Assembly: GCF_964204645.1 (NCBI RefSeq)
Contig: NC_134030.1
Location: 11,181,947 to 11,245,946, forward strand
Direction: 5' to 3'
Length of the DNA: 64,000 nucleotides
From: Tubulanus polymorphus
Taxonomy: Eukaryota; Animalia; Nemertea
How positions within the stretch are numbered: position 1 is the first letter of the stretch; each line of letters starts with the position of its first letter. Shown one piece after another: positions 13,901 through 25,900 of this stretch. A program made the translations under genes and the position numbers. The notes beneath the pieces were generated by a model. That model ran no database searches and was not told where the DNA came from. It saw nothing but the letters and a program-made list of their open reading frames with translations.

Positions 13901-16900
13901 ATCGACGAAGTATCTAACGAAATTAAAAAAGGAGCACACTTATTTATAGGTGCCACAGAAATAGTTCAAATCATTATCCACAACAATAAACCGTTCCTAT
14001 TCTCACTACGTGGCGCTGCGGACATACGGAAGAAATCAGTTTGGCTTTTGTCATCCTCGCTGTCAGATGTGCTTTTACTGTTGTGGTGATTCACAGTTTG
14101 GCATTGTTCTGTGACCATGTGTACTTATGTTGAACTGTGTGGCTTCCCTTTTGCAGTTCGGAGCCTGTCGTCTGGGGTATTCCGCTGTGTGTGGAATAGG
14201 GGATAGTCCACTGTGTGTGGATGGCCAATGTGTTTGGACTTTGAGAATTTTTGATTATTTTGATTGCCCACTTCGGTGGTCGGATCCAATGTGTTTGGAC
14301 ATATTTTTTGATACGTATATTTTGATTGCCCACTTCGTTGGTTGGATCCAATGTGTTTGGACAAATTCTATAGATACGTATATTTTGATTGCCCACTTCG
14401 GTGGTCGGATCCAATGTGTTTGGACAAATTTTCTATGGATACGTATATTTTGATTGCCCATTTCGGTGGTCGGATCCAATGTGTTTGGACAAATTCTATA
14501 GATACGTATATTTCGATTGCCCACTTTGTTCACTTTGTGTGGACTAGAGGATGCGTGCCTTGCAGGACTGTGTGTCCTGTTGCCTACTGTGTGCGGGCTG
14601 GGGGTCTGTGTGCCCCGGAGTCCGCTGTGTGTGAGAAAAGATTGGAAGAATCGTTACGTTTAATAAAGAGTGATAATGAATAAGTGGATTTTAGGGCAGG
14701 GAAAACTCGAGCAGAGAAAACACGAGAGGTCAGGGTTGTTGGCTCTCCATATTCAATGTGTGTTTCGGTATAGTACGTTTGTGAGATTTATCGGTCAGGG
14801 AGTTCGCCTATTATTTCGGTTTTCTGATCCGTTCCGGTGATTTAATTAAGCGCATTTTCGTTTCCGTGGGGAGTTTAGTCGCGCTCAACGCCTGATTTAG
14901 TTTGCTCCGTTCGTGCGGGACGTGTGTCTAATACCTTACATTTTGCAGTTTTTCGCAGCTTCGTGTTGCGTTTGCCCTTGTATTCCACGGGTTTTTTTTG
15001 TTGGTCAATTTGTCTTTTACCGTTTTCCGAGGTGGAAATGAAATTGCAAAAGATTTGGTGAGCTCGACCTATCGACCTCTGGTATGAAACAACATATACC
15101 ATATCACTTAGTCTTCACCCAAGTTGTCGCTTATCGGTCGTTTTGCTGTCAACATTGATTCATAATACAGACAGATCAACTCACCGTTGAGTGAACGTCG
15201 CATGTGTGGCAGACAAGTGGCCTATATTGGTCGACCATTAAATAAATATAGAAATATAATAAAACTTAAACGATCAGATTGAACGATCCTACACCTGGAA
15301 TTAGATAATTTTGATTGTACCGATTAGGTTTTATATTTCACATACAACTTGCTCGTCGATCATTCAATTTTTCATCATGACACCATTACTGGTCACTGTG
15401 CATATATCGTAATTAAAGTAAACTTGAATCACTTCTTACTTTTTAACCATAGCTAAATGATCATTATACTCGCTCACTTCTATCAATTTCAGAATAAAAT
15501 GAAAACCATGGGCATATCTCGTTGGCTTTATACCTGGGCCCGTACTGAGATTAATACTAGTTTATAGAATGGGGCCCCAATTTTTTCAATGTTTTACACT
15601 TACCGGAATACATATATTATGATTTATCGAATTCTGAATTCGGCAGGGATTTATAGAATTGTTTTTATTTCAGAAAATCGAGTTTTTATCTATGGGAATT
15701 TGGAGCAGCATCAATCGGACAAACATAGTTACAATTTCGAACTCTTTGGCACACGTCGAATTCTTGTTACTACGATACCGCAACAGCTATCTGGAATAAT
15801 CTTTTCCATCGGTTATCGAAGTAATACGCATGGCGGCGCCATGCTTGCCAAATTAAAACGCGGAACTGTGTTGGATAAAAAATCGAATTGGAAATTTATC
15901 TTTCCAAAAAATGCAAACTTGCCTCATTTTTCAAGTAAATCTGAATATTGTACAGCCTCATTCACTGCAAACTCAACAAAGCATCAGCGGATAGTTGTGG
16001 AAAGTATTGTACGTATTTCCATAAAAAAGGGCTGGAGACCATCGACGATGGAACGATTGAAATTGCCAGTGTCAGGTGGCGATATGATAGCGCTACTCCC
16101 TCTCGGTGACGCTAATTTTGAATCATCGGAAGACCATAATATCACAAACCGGCCGGGTATGATATTTGATGCCATGGAAATATGTGATATTACCGATAAT
16201 GTGTTATGCGCAAGGAACATGACACGGGCATCTGTGAAAATATTTTTTTTCATCGAAGATGAGTATTCAGGTCTGTATTCTATTTGAGATTTTCGAGGTT
16301 GAATCGGTGTCTTAGGATTTTTTTAAAGACATTTTTTTATAAACCTAAAACTACTTGGAATTAACCTAAAAAGCCTTTTAATGGATACGTCTTCAAGTCG
16401 CTCCCAAACTAGGATTTGTGTGAAATTATACTTTTCTCCAAAAATATCTTTCAGGTAAACCTCACGTCCCTCGTGCAACGAATGAGGGTGCAGTACAGAT
16501 AATGACGAATAACGAACAGCATCAAACAGATTGCCGAATAGTTCCTCATCTGTATCCCCAATCTGATAGGGAGGTCATTCATGTGTGCCACGCGAACGAT
16601 GTTTCAAGCCTGATATTCAAAATAACAACGAATGTCACAATCTGTAGTATTTCCGCGTTTGGTTATCCAGGTAGAGTAAAAATGAGTAATGGAACGGTTT
16701 TGCTCTCAATCTGTAAAATCTTGCGAGCATCTAGCCTCAAGGCCTTTAGAATCTAGTGACACAACGTCATATTGGCGATGGCGGGCAACTAAAGCAAGGA
16801 GGCAAGATAAAAACATCGAAACAACGAGACGTGTTTCGTTGTTCAGTTCGACGGCTATTGCATACATGAAACAATGGGGAATCACAACAAATGTACAAAT

Positions 16901-19900
16901 GAAATAAACTTATTTCATTTTCAGATTTTGGCATACTTTCTTTTTAATTGATTTATTGAAGAAAAATTTATTCAGTTTCATTGAAATATAAATGGTATCG
17001 AACGCGGAAGACCGAGTAATTACTAGCGAAGTTGGTGGATCCTTGCTGCCATACGTAAAATCCTCAAGTGCCACAGGAGGTCGTAGGTGTCCCATACTGA
17101 CCAAGCGAAAATCAAACATGTTTGATTTGATCTGATTTGAACATTTTCTTTTTCAAAATTTGATTCCACAAACATTGATATTCGTTTCTCTTAAACGTAA
17201 ACGACACAAGGAGACGTTCAGTAACATGTTTCTGTCTTCTGTTATCGTGTTTCCCTGCGTTGTGTGCATTTTGCCTAAGTAGTTTAGAAGTATTAAGCTG
17301 AAAACGCACACGAAGTTTCCGCTCAAATAACAAGATATGGGCGAGTAACAATTGCTCATCAACATTTTTGCAACCGAAACGAACCGAGCGCTTTGCCAGG
17401 CGCCTCCAGCTGGTGGCGCCGCCAATATCTCTTTTGTTCTCTCAGCCAATCACTGTTGAGTACAAGTTCTTTTCTCTTCCACATCCCGAGCGTGAAAGGT
17501 TACGTTTTATTTTTGTCCTTATTTACCCCCCTTTGATCCTATTTTGCTAGGCCATCCGTGTCTAAATTCTATTCACACAATACGGCAGGATGTCAAGGAA
17601 CATTGTGATAGTTGGACATAGCTATATCAGGCGTTTGAAAGACTTTATTGAGGGAAATCATTCCACGTATTCAATCGTGAAGCCGGACTGTGGCCTGAAT
17701 GTGGAGCGTTTTAATTATTCAACACCTCGGTTGATCGGTATTGGGGGTGCAACGATCGATACTTTGGTCAATCGCGACATCCTGTCTTCCATAAATGAAT
17801 GCCAACCCTCATTAGTGATTTTACAGATAGGGTCGAACGACCTATGCAATCGGTACCTTACGCCAACATTCGTTGGGATGAAAGTTTTTCAATACGCGAC
17901 ATCGGTGGCCGAGCAGACTGGTGCTTTAGTGTACATTTGTGATCCTATATGCCGTATACCAGTTATAGAAATTTTAGTCGAGAAGCCGGGGATAAGAGAG
18001 AGTTTTTGAGATGCAGGAGTTCTTGCACACCGTCTGCGACGGTTGCAAGAATGCTTTTTCCTGGCGTCATCGCGGGTTTTGGAATTCGCGACATAACGTT
18101 TTTGCCCAAGATGGGGTCCACCTTAACCTGCAGGGACAGTTGATGTTTTATCGATCGCTACGTGGCGCCATTGTGAATGCCCATCACAAACTAAAAGACG
18201 ACCGGTGGCCAACTGCCGGTTCGTCCCAGTAAAACTGATAATCTGTGGAGAAACGACCGGTGGCCAACTGCCGGTTCGTCCCAGTAAAACTGATAATCTG
18301 TGTAGAAACGACTCTTACCGTTAAATTATTTGCGGGGCCTTAATTTACCTTTTATCTAACAGGTGGTCTCTGATTCTGACAGCAGGTTATATGACCTTAA
18401 TTGCCCTGTGTTTTTCGGTTATCAGGTGGTCTATTTTTGTTATTAATTTCATGGCCTTAATTGTCCTGTTATTCGGCAGGTGGTTTATGTTTATAGCTAT
18501 ACATTAAGGACTTAATTTTCCTGTTCAATGGGGACGGGTGTCCAGATGTTCGTATTTTCAACGTTTCAGGAGCCCACGTGCAGGGTTTGATTGCCCCGTC
18601 ATCACGGATAGTCGAAACGCTTGTTGTCCAATTATTTTATCGACGTTTAGACATGCAAAATACTCACTTTTCAGAACAACGAGTTAGTTTAATTTCCGTC
18701 GTGTATGCCGGGTACCCTTAGGGCTCATGTTTTTTTGGGATTAATTGTCCCGCCATTTGGTTAGGTGCCTTAAATTTATTGGTCTCATAGCGTCCTCAAG
18801 TGTGGTCTGCTTGTGACATATACGTTACTGTTTCTAATTTTAGGCTTAAAATCCTACCAGCGTCTATGCGGGTACCCTTCCTGAGTGAATTTTAATTACT
18901 ATATCCAAGAAAATTTTTGTTTTTGTTGTGTTGTAGTGTAGTAGAATTCATTCAAAATGAATCGTGGCAAAAGATCGTCGTCGGCAACCCAACGCGGTGC
19001 GAAACGTAGCCGAGTTTCAGCTGCGTCAACTAGTAGTACCCGAAGTTCAGCCGCACCGACGCGTAGTAGCCGAGTTTCAACTGCGTCGACGAGTATGCAG
19101 GAAAAAGAGGCAAGGGTCGACCGCCTCTTGGACACTCTGGAGAGGGCAGTGGCATTGTTGCCCCAAATTCAACAGGACGATGCCAATTCCGACAGATGAA
19201 GGTAATGGGGGCACTGCAGTGCTGCCCAACATGGGTCAGGAAACGCCTGCCCTGTCCATCGCCCCATCCAAGGCGGCCGCCTTGAAGTCGATCGAACAAT
19301 GGTTGCGTGCGTATGAAATATTTTGTGCGGTGCATCTTCGTAGTTGTCCGGCTGACGCCATACCTTTACTAAAATATGGCCGCAGTGTACAAAATTTGGC
19401 CGCCCAAGGGGAGGACTGGTCATTTTACGACATGAATTTCCGGGCAGAACGTTTCTCACCTGAGGGGGCCACTCGCAGTTGGGACACCGTCGATTGGGAG
19501 CTTTGGATGGAGTCCAAAACTCGACGCCCCTCCAGCCAGTCCTTTCGCAACAGCTCCTCGCAATCGCTCGCCAAAGTCTGTTTTGCGTACAACAGCTTCT
19601 CTGGGTGTACCCGGAAATCCTGCATCTATGCACACAGATGTAAATTTTGCAGGGGCTCACACTCGGCAGTCAATTGTGCCCGGTCAGCCGGCACTGGCAA
19701 CCAGCGTCCCGAAAGACCCAAGGCTGCCAAGCCTCCCCACACCGGTTGGAATAACTAAACTTCTACCCTACATTTTTGATTACGACTCTGAGCAACGCGA
19801 TTTACTAATCAACGGTTTTCAACACGGTTTCCGCATCGACAGTTTTTTCGGGGGACCAATCGCAAGCCGCGGTATCACAAATTTAAAGTCGGCTAGGGAT

Positions 19901-22900
19901 CATCCCGATGTGGTTCGGGAAAAGATTACGAAAGAACTTAATTTAGGGAGAGTTAGGGGTCTCTTCAGTGACCCATTTATGCCAGATGGTGCTCCGATTC
20001 ATGTTTCGCCCCTCGGCGTCGTGCCTAAAAGCTCGGGGGGTTTAGGGTTATCCATCACCTGTCCTACCCAAAGGGTTCTTCGGTTAACGACTTTGTCCCC
20101 GTGGATGCATCCACCATTAAAAATTCAACTATTCAAGATCAATCGATATAATCAAATCTCTGGGTCCGGACGTTTACCTTGCAAAAACAGATATCGAATC
20201 CGCGTTTCGCATTATCCCCATAAGCGAGTTTGACACCATTGTTGGGCTTTACCTTGGACGGCAAGTTTTATGTTGATGCTGTTTTGTCGATGGGGGCCTC
20301 TAGTTCGTGCGCTATTTTCGATCGTTTCTCGTCTCTTTTAAAGTGGGTAGCTCTTCATAAGTTAGGGTGCTCTTTCGCTGTACATATTCTTGACGATTTT
20401 CTGCTCATTGCAAAAGGCGAGCTCAAGTGCAAGCATGATCTAAACAACTTTCTACGACTATGTCACGAGATAGGTGTGCCCATTAAGCTAGATAAGACGT
20501 TCCCACCCGTTCGCCAGTTAACGTTCGCCGGAATCATGATCGATGCCGTTTTGCGGGAGGCGCGTTTACCTGAAGATAAATTACTCAAATGCCGCACCTT
20601 AGTGGATCAATTTTTAGATAAGTGTAAGGTAACTTTACGCCAATTACAATCGTTGATTGGCACTCTGAACTTTGCATGTGCCGTTATAGTGCCTGGCCGT
20701 CCCTTTCTCCGGAGACTGATTGATCTGACGGTCGGCGTGCCTCATAAGTCATTTCACATTACGCTCACGGCCGAGTCCAAAAAAGATCTCCACGTCTGTC
20801 GTGTTTTTCTCGCAGGCTTCAACGGCAAGTCGTTTTTCATAGACGACAGGAGATTGACTAACGAACGGTTGAACCTTTATACCGACTCGGGGCTATATTT
20901 GGGCCCCATTGGTTCAGTGGCGCCTGGCCGACCAGACGGCCAAAAATTACTCCATTGCAGTTCTAGAGCTGTACCAAATTGTAGCGGCTCTGGCCGTTTG
21001 GGGTGAGCAATGGCAGAATAAGACCATATGTTTTCATTCTGACAATCAAGCGGTTGTTCATGTCATCAATCGTCAGTCTTCACGGGACAGAGCCATGATG
21101 ACCCTTGTCCGGAAAATGGTATCGTAATTTGTTTAAAACGTAACATTGTTTTCCTCAGTGAGCATATACCAGGCCATCTTAATATTCTACCGGACTTCCT
21201 CTCTCGTTTTCAGTACCGCAGATTCCACTGGGCGGCACCGTGGGTCGACTCGGTCCCAACGGAGGTCCCTCGTCCTTGGCTCCCGGCAGGTATAGGCCCA
21301 CTATAGACAAACTGCTGGCTGCTGCGCTTAGTCCAGCTACGACCAGAGCATACGATCGCGCGTGGGGTAGGCTTGCCACTTTCGGTGCTCATTCGGGTAC
21401 CGACATATCTATACCAGTGGCCGCGACCACAATTAACTTATTCATCGCTCACTTGCACGAAACTATCAGCGTCCGCCATATCCTCATCCTTTTCGGCTAT
21501 TTCTTATTTTCATAAAATACGAGGGGCCCCGATCCCTGCAGATCATTTGTAACACAGAAACTAGTAGCGGGCGTGAGGAATTTGTCTCACAACCGCGACG
21601 TCCGATTGCCCATTACTCCCGTCATTATGTCTCGCTTGCTCGGTCATCTTTCTTCGTCGGAGGAGGCCTTGTCCAGTAGCCGCTTAGTGCAGTCAGTTAT
21701 GATCGTGGCATTTTGTGGATATTTTCGCATCGGCGAGTTATTACCCAGGGCTCTTGCCTCAGCGGGGGACGTGATACAGCTTCGAGATGTCACCGTCACG
21801 CCTTCTGGTCTTCAGATTATCGTACGCAAATTCAAACATAGCTCTCGCGTTGGCCCGCAGGTCATTCAGGCCGAATATTTGTCGCTACCCGTAGACATGG
21901 ATTTGGCTCTCATTATCTCGGATTATTTACGTTACAGAGGGCCCTTCCCTGGTCCGCTCTTTATAGATTGTTCCGGTAAGCCGTGGCTGCGCCGTGCGTT
22001 CGAGAGGCGTCTCGCAGTCTTGCTACATGGCTGCAAGCTTTCCACTTCCCTTTACAAGGGCCACTCTTTTCGCATCGGAGCGGCTACCAGCGCAGCAGCC
22101 AGGGGGTCCCCGATGCGCAGATAAGGGCAGCTGGCCGCTGGGGGTCGGAAGCTTACCGCAAGTTTATAAGGCTGTCTAGGTAGTCTCTGTGGGCTCAGCC
22201 ACATATGGGTGGCTGTGTGGCATTTTCTGAGCCCACTTTGGCGTATTAACTCATTAATTAATTAGGTCAAACAGCTAGGGCGTTTGACTTCGTCTTAATA
22301 TTACGTAACTCTGTATTATTCATCTCCATAACTAGGTCAAAACAGCTAGGGCGTTTTGGCCATAATTTTATGATTTTATGTTTATAATATCATTGTCTAA
22401 ATATTAGTTAATAAGTTTGTAATGGTTTTTTGTATACGTCAAAAACAGCTAGGGCGTTTTTGACATTTCTAATTTTTATGTTTTGTATATAATAAACGTC
22501 AAGTAGCTAGGGCGCTTGGCCTTTTCATCATAAACGTCAAGCAGCTAAGGCGCTTGGCCTTTTCATCTTCGGGTCGTTTCTGTTGCAAAAATTTGATTCC
22601 GCGTTCTGTGTTTTCTGTGTGTCCATCTGCCTTATGCGTATAGATCCTAGCGAACATGAACAAATGTGTCGATAAGCCGATCAATATCGACCATTATATT
22701 TCTCTATTTTTAATTTTTTTCAAAGCATATCAATGATGCTGCTGAACAGAAAGCTAATTATTCTGCTTTGCAGGTATAATCAATTTTTTTTCTGTGAATA
22801 GATAAAGTGGTGTTTAGGAACGTCTTGAAAAACCAAAGGTTTAGAATTGGAAACGTAGAACTTGGTTCACACGACAACCAATCGGTAAACAGCATGTTGT

Positions 22901-25900
22901 TCACCGGGAAGTCGTGGGTACAGTTTGATATGGGAGCATTACACTATGTAAATTCAGGTTATTATTATACTGTGCATCGTGTTAGTCTACTAGTCTCAAG
23001 ACAAAAAGATAGTACTTTTTAAAATGACATTACTTGGCTGGTTCAAATTTAAATTTCTTGTTATTCAACGTTATGCGTAAAAAGTGTGCTTTCTTTTATA
23101 GTGGTTTTAGCAACAGATAACGTAACCATTCGTGGCATCGCCGTTCGAGTAACGACTTCCACGTTCTGGAAGGCGGATCTGTTTATATGCGATGGTATAC
23201 AACATAATGATTCATATCAAATCGAAATTCACTGCACTGTTCCAAAATTTGGACGTTTTGTAACAATTTTTCAAAAGAAGGGACATGACGAACTAATCTA
23301 TCGTATATATCACGTGCAAGTTTTTGGAATAGGTGCGTATTTTCAGTCCACAATCCTCACAGATTGTCTGATGGAAACAAACTTTTACGTAGTGGAATTA
23401 GTATTCATTTCATTAAGGAAAACTCCCAAGAAATTTGAGACCAAATAAAAGAGTTTTGACTCAATAATTCCATGCCCCATTATCAAAATCATCATAGAAT
23501 AGAATCGAAATATCAAACACTCCCTTTTTCTTGTATAGCGGGTGTCTCTCAATTAAATCAGACGGTCATTTTTTTGGAAATCGTAGTGTGTATTTTCCGT
23601 ATTATCTAGGGTTCGAACGTATGGAGGATGCCTTAGGGATCGGGTCAAACCTAGTAACAGACGACCAGATTACATCAAGTTCTGGTATCCCGGGAGACGT
23701 CAAGATGGTTCCTCCAAACACTGCCTGGTGTGCTACCAATGAACTTCAAATGTACCTGCAGGTAAATGATACTCTGGGAGAGGACAATCACGTGTGATGG
23801 CAGTGAGAGCGTAAGCGTACACGCAGTCGTTCCACGGTGTTCTCATATCGTGGAATGACGGAATCGCGGAATTTTTTAAAAACAAGGAATTTCTTCACTT
23901 TCACTATAAATAGATATCGGGATTTCCCGCGGGGATACCCATGTCAGATAAGGCACCGGACCAATCGATGCACTCAGTTAGCTTCCAAATACACTGTTAG
24001 CACGCAATTTTATCTGACATTATTCTGTGATATCGTTCACTGGCTGCCAGTTACCAGCCGCAGCAGCAGTCAGAATGTAGTCGGACAAAGAGATCGGCAC
24101 CAGGTCAAACATCGGTTATCAAAGTTAATCGACATTTTGCGATCTTAGTAGATTTGAGCACGGTCGCCCTTTAGACCCAAGGAATCAACACGAAGAAGCA
24201 ACTAAGTAACAGATTTCTCTTCACAAATAACGGAGTTTAAAAGATATTATCTTATAGATAATCAACACGGAGAAGCAACTAAGTAACAGATCTCTCTTCA
24301 CAAATAACGGAGTTTAAAAGATATTATCTTATAGATAATCTTTAATATCATTCAACTTTTATCTCTTCTAGATACACCGCACTCTCATTAATCACAAGTT
24401 AGATGCACGTGACGCATTAAAAACCGATGCCAGAATCAGTGAATCTGTTTTCGTCTGATATCGTCCATTTTGGGATAATTCTCTTAACCGTTTATAAACA
24501 TACCTCAGTTTGGTCTTAATACGACCAGTGAAACAGTGCAGGCTAAATAAACCATCGTATCCATTTTAAAATGCAACATTTATTAAATCAGTTAAACGTT
24601 TATTAATGGTATCATACACAGAACTCGTGGATGTGGTCCTACCCGACGCACTACTTTGGGTACAGACCTGATGCACACGTTTAAATGATCGGTTCAGCAG
24701 TCAATGTTGATAGATTAATTGCCTACGTAGGTAATTTATTTTCTCGTTGGGAAGTAACGTTAATTTGTTGAGTGATGATAGCAATAGATTAGCACATATG
24801 CCTACCAGGTACCGGTGAAAACATCCGTCCGGTGGCTTTTCCAACAAGGGGTATCCCGTGGAAAAGCACAGTTACTATGTATAGTGAAAATGAAGAAATA
24901 CCGTGTTTTTGGAAAATTCCGCGATTCCGTGATTCAGCGATATGTCAACACCGGTCTTTTTCCAGTGTGAATTTATTGTAAAATATCCATTTCGATTTTT
25001 CGTGCAGAGGAAACGGGGTTCGACAAAATTACTACTTAAGCTTCTGGGCCCGGTTTCACGAAAAAGTTAAACTCAAAAAGCTGTTTATCTTGAAATTGGT
25101 ACTATTATCCAAATTATAGTGTACGCGACATTCTATATGTATTAGGTTGATTTCCGGCGAGAAATATTTATGACCATGTTTTCAACTAAAGTTCCTTCTG
25201 GAAATGAAGTGCGTTTCGTTGATGGTCTGGCATTTATGTGGAAGGAAACATCAACCGGAAAAAGAATATGGTATACGGAACCACCATTTAAGCACAGGGT
25301 AAATTGCAAGGTCAAAGCTCGTTATACCGCCATCCGTAATACCGCAAAATTCACCTATTGCCAAGAATTTCCTTTTGCACGGTACATTTTGTACGTAAGT
25401 GTATGTAAATAGCTTTCCTTATACCACCTCTCACCATCCGCCATAACGCCAACGAAATCGTCGAACAGTCCTATTCAAACGCATAGAGAAAACACTCGTT
25501 ATACTGTTGTGGTGGAGTTACCACCATTTGTTATTGTTCTTCACCAACTGTTATGTTGCTGAATGTCCACCAGTATTGTGTGCAGTGTTGGCAAATCTTC
25601 TTACTTGCGTTGTTGGTCGCACCCGCTTGTAATCCTCTTTGTAGAACAACTCAAACGACCTCTTGAGTAATTATCTATTCGTATTTATTCTCTCTTACCC
25701 AGTTGTGTACAATCTTTCTCCCTCAAGTATTTGTCTCTCTAAAACCTCCCTCTCTTCTCTTCAGCCTTCTCAAACCTCTAAGCTTTCTACTAACAAGATG
25801 ACTTCAAAGTCCTGGGGTTCGAAGGAGCAAAGTCTGATGTACAAATTATAAATCACATATAAGAAAGGCAAATTATGAAGAGAAATTGATATTCCATTAG

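Larger units (their letters stand above)
17000..22700 (+). mobile_element. Tyrosine-recombinase retrotransposon (Ngaro/DIRS group), frameshifted, intronic; boundaries approximate
   Basis: SGNH ORF, gag with zinc knuckles, RT-RNase H and YR in order; no methyltransferase after RNase H, which fits Ngaro. Confidence 0.85.

Noticed and set aside
14091-14683. Overlapping repetitive ORFs; superficially CRISPR-like array
   Set aside because: Plain ~61-bp tandem repeat with no unique spacers and no cas genes, in a eukaryotic intron
17140-22650. Terminal direct repeats of the YR element (AAAATTTGATTCC at about 17155 and 22588)
   Set aside because: Similarity too short and weak to define termini by eye
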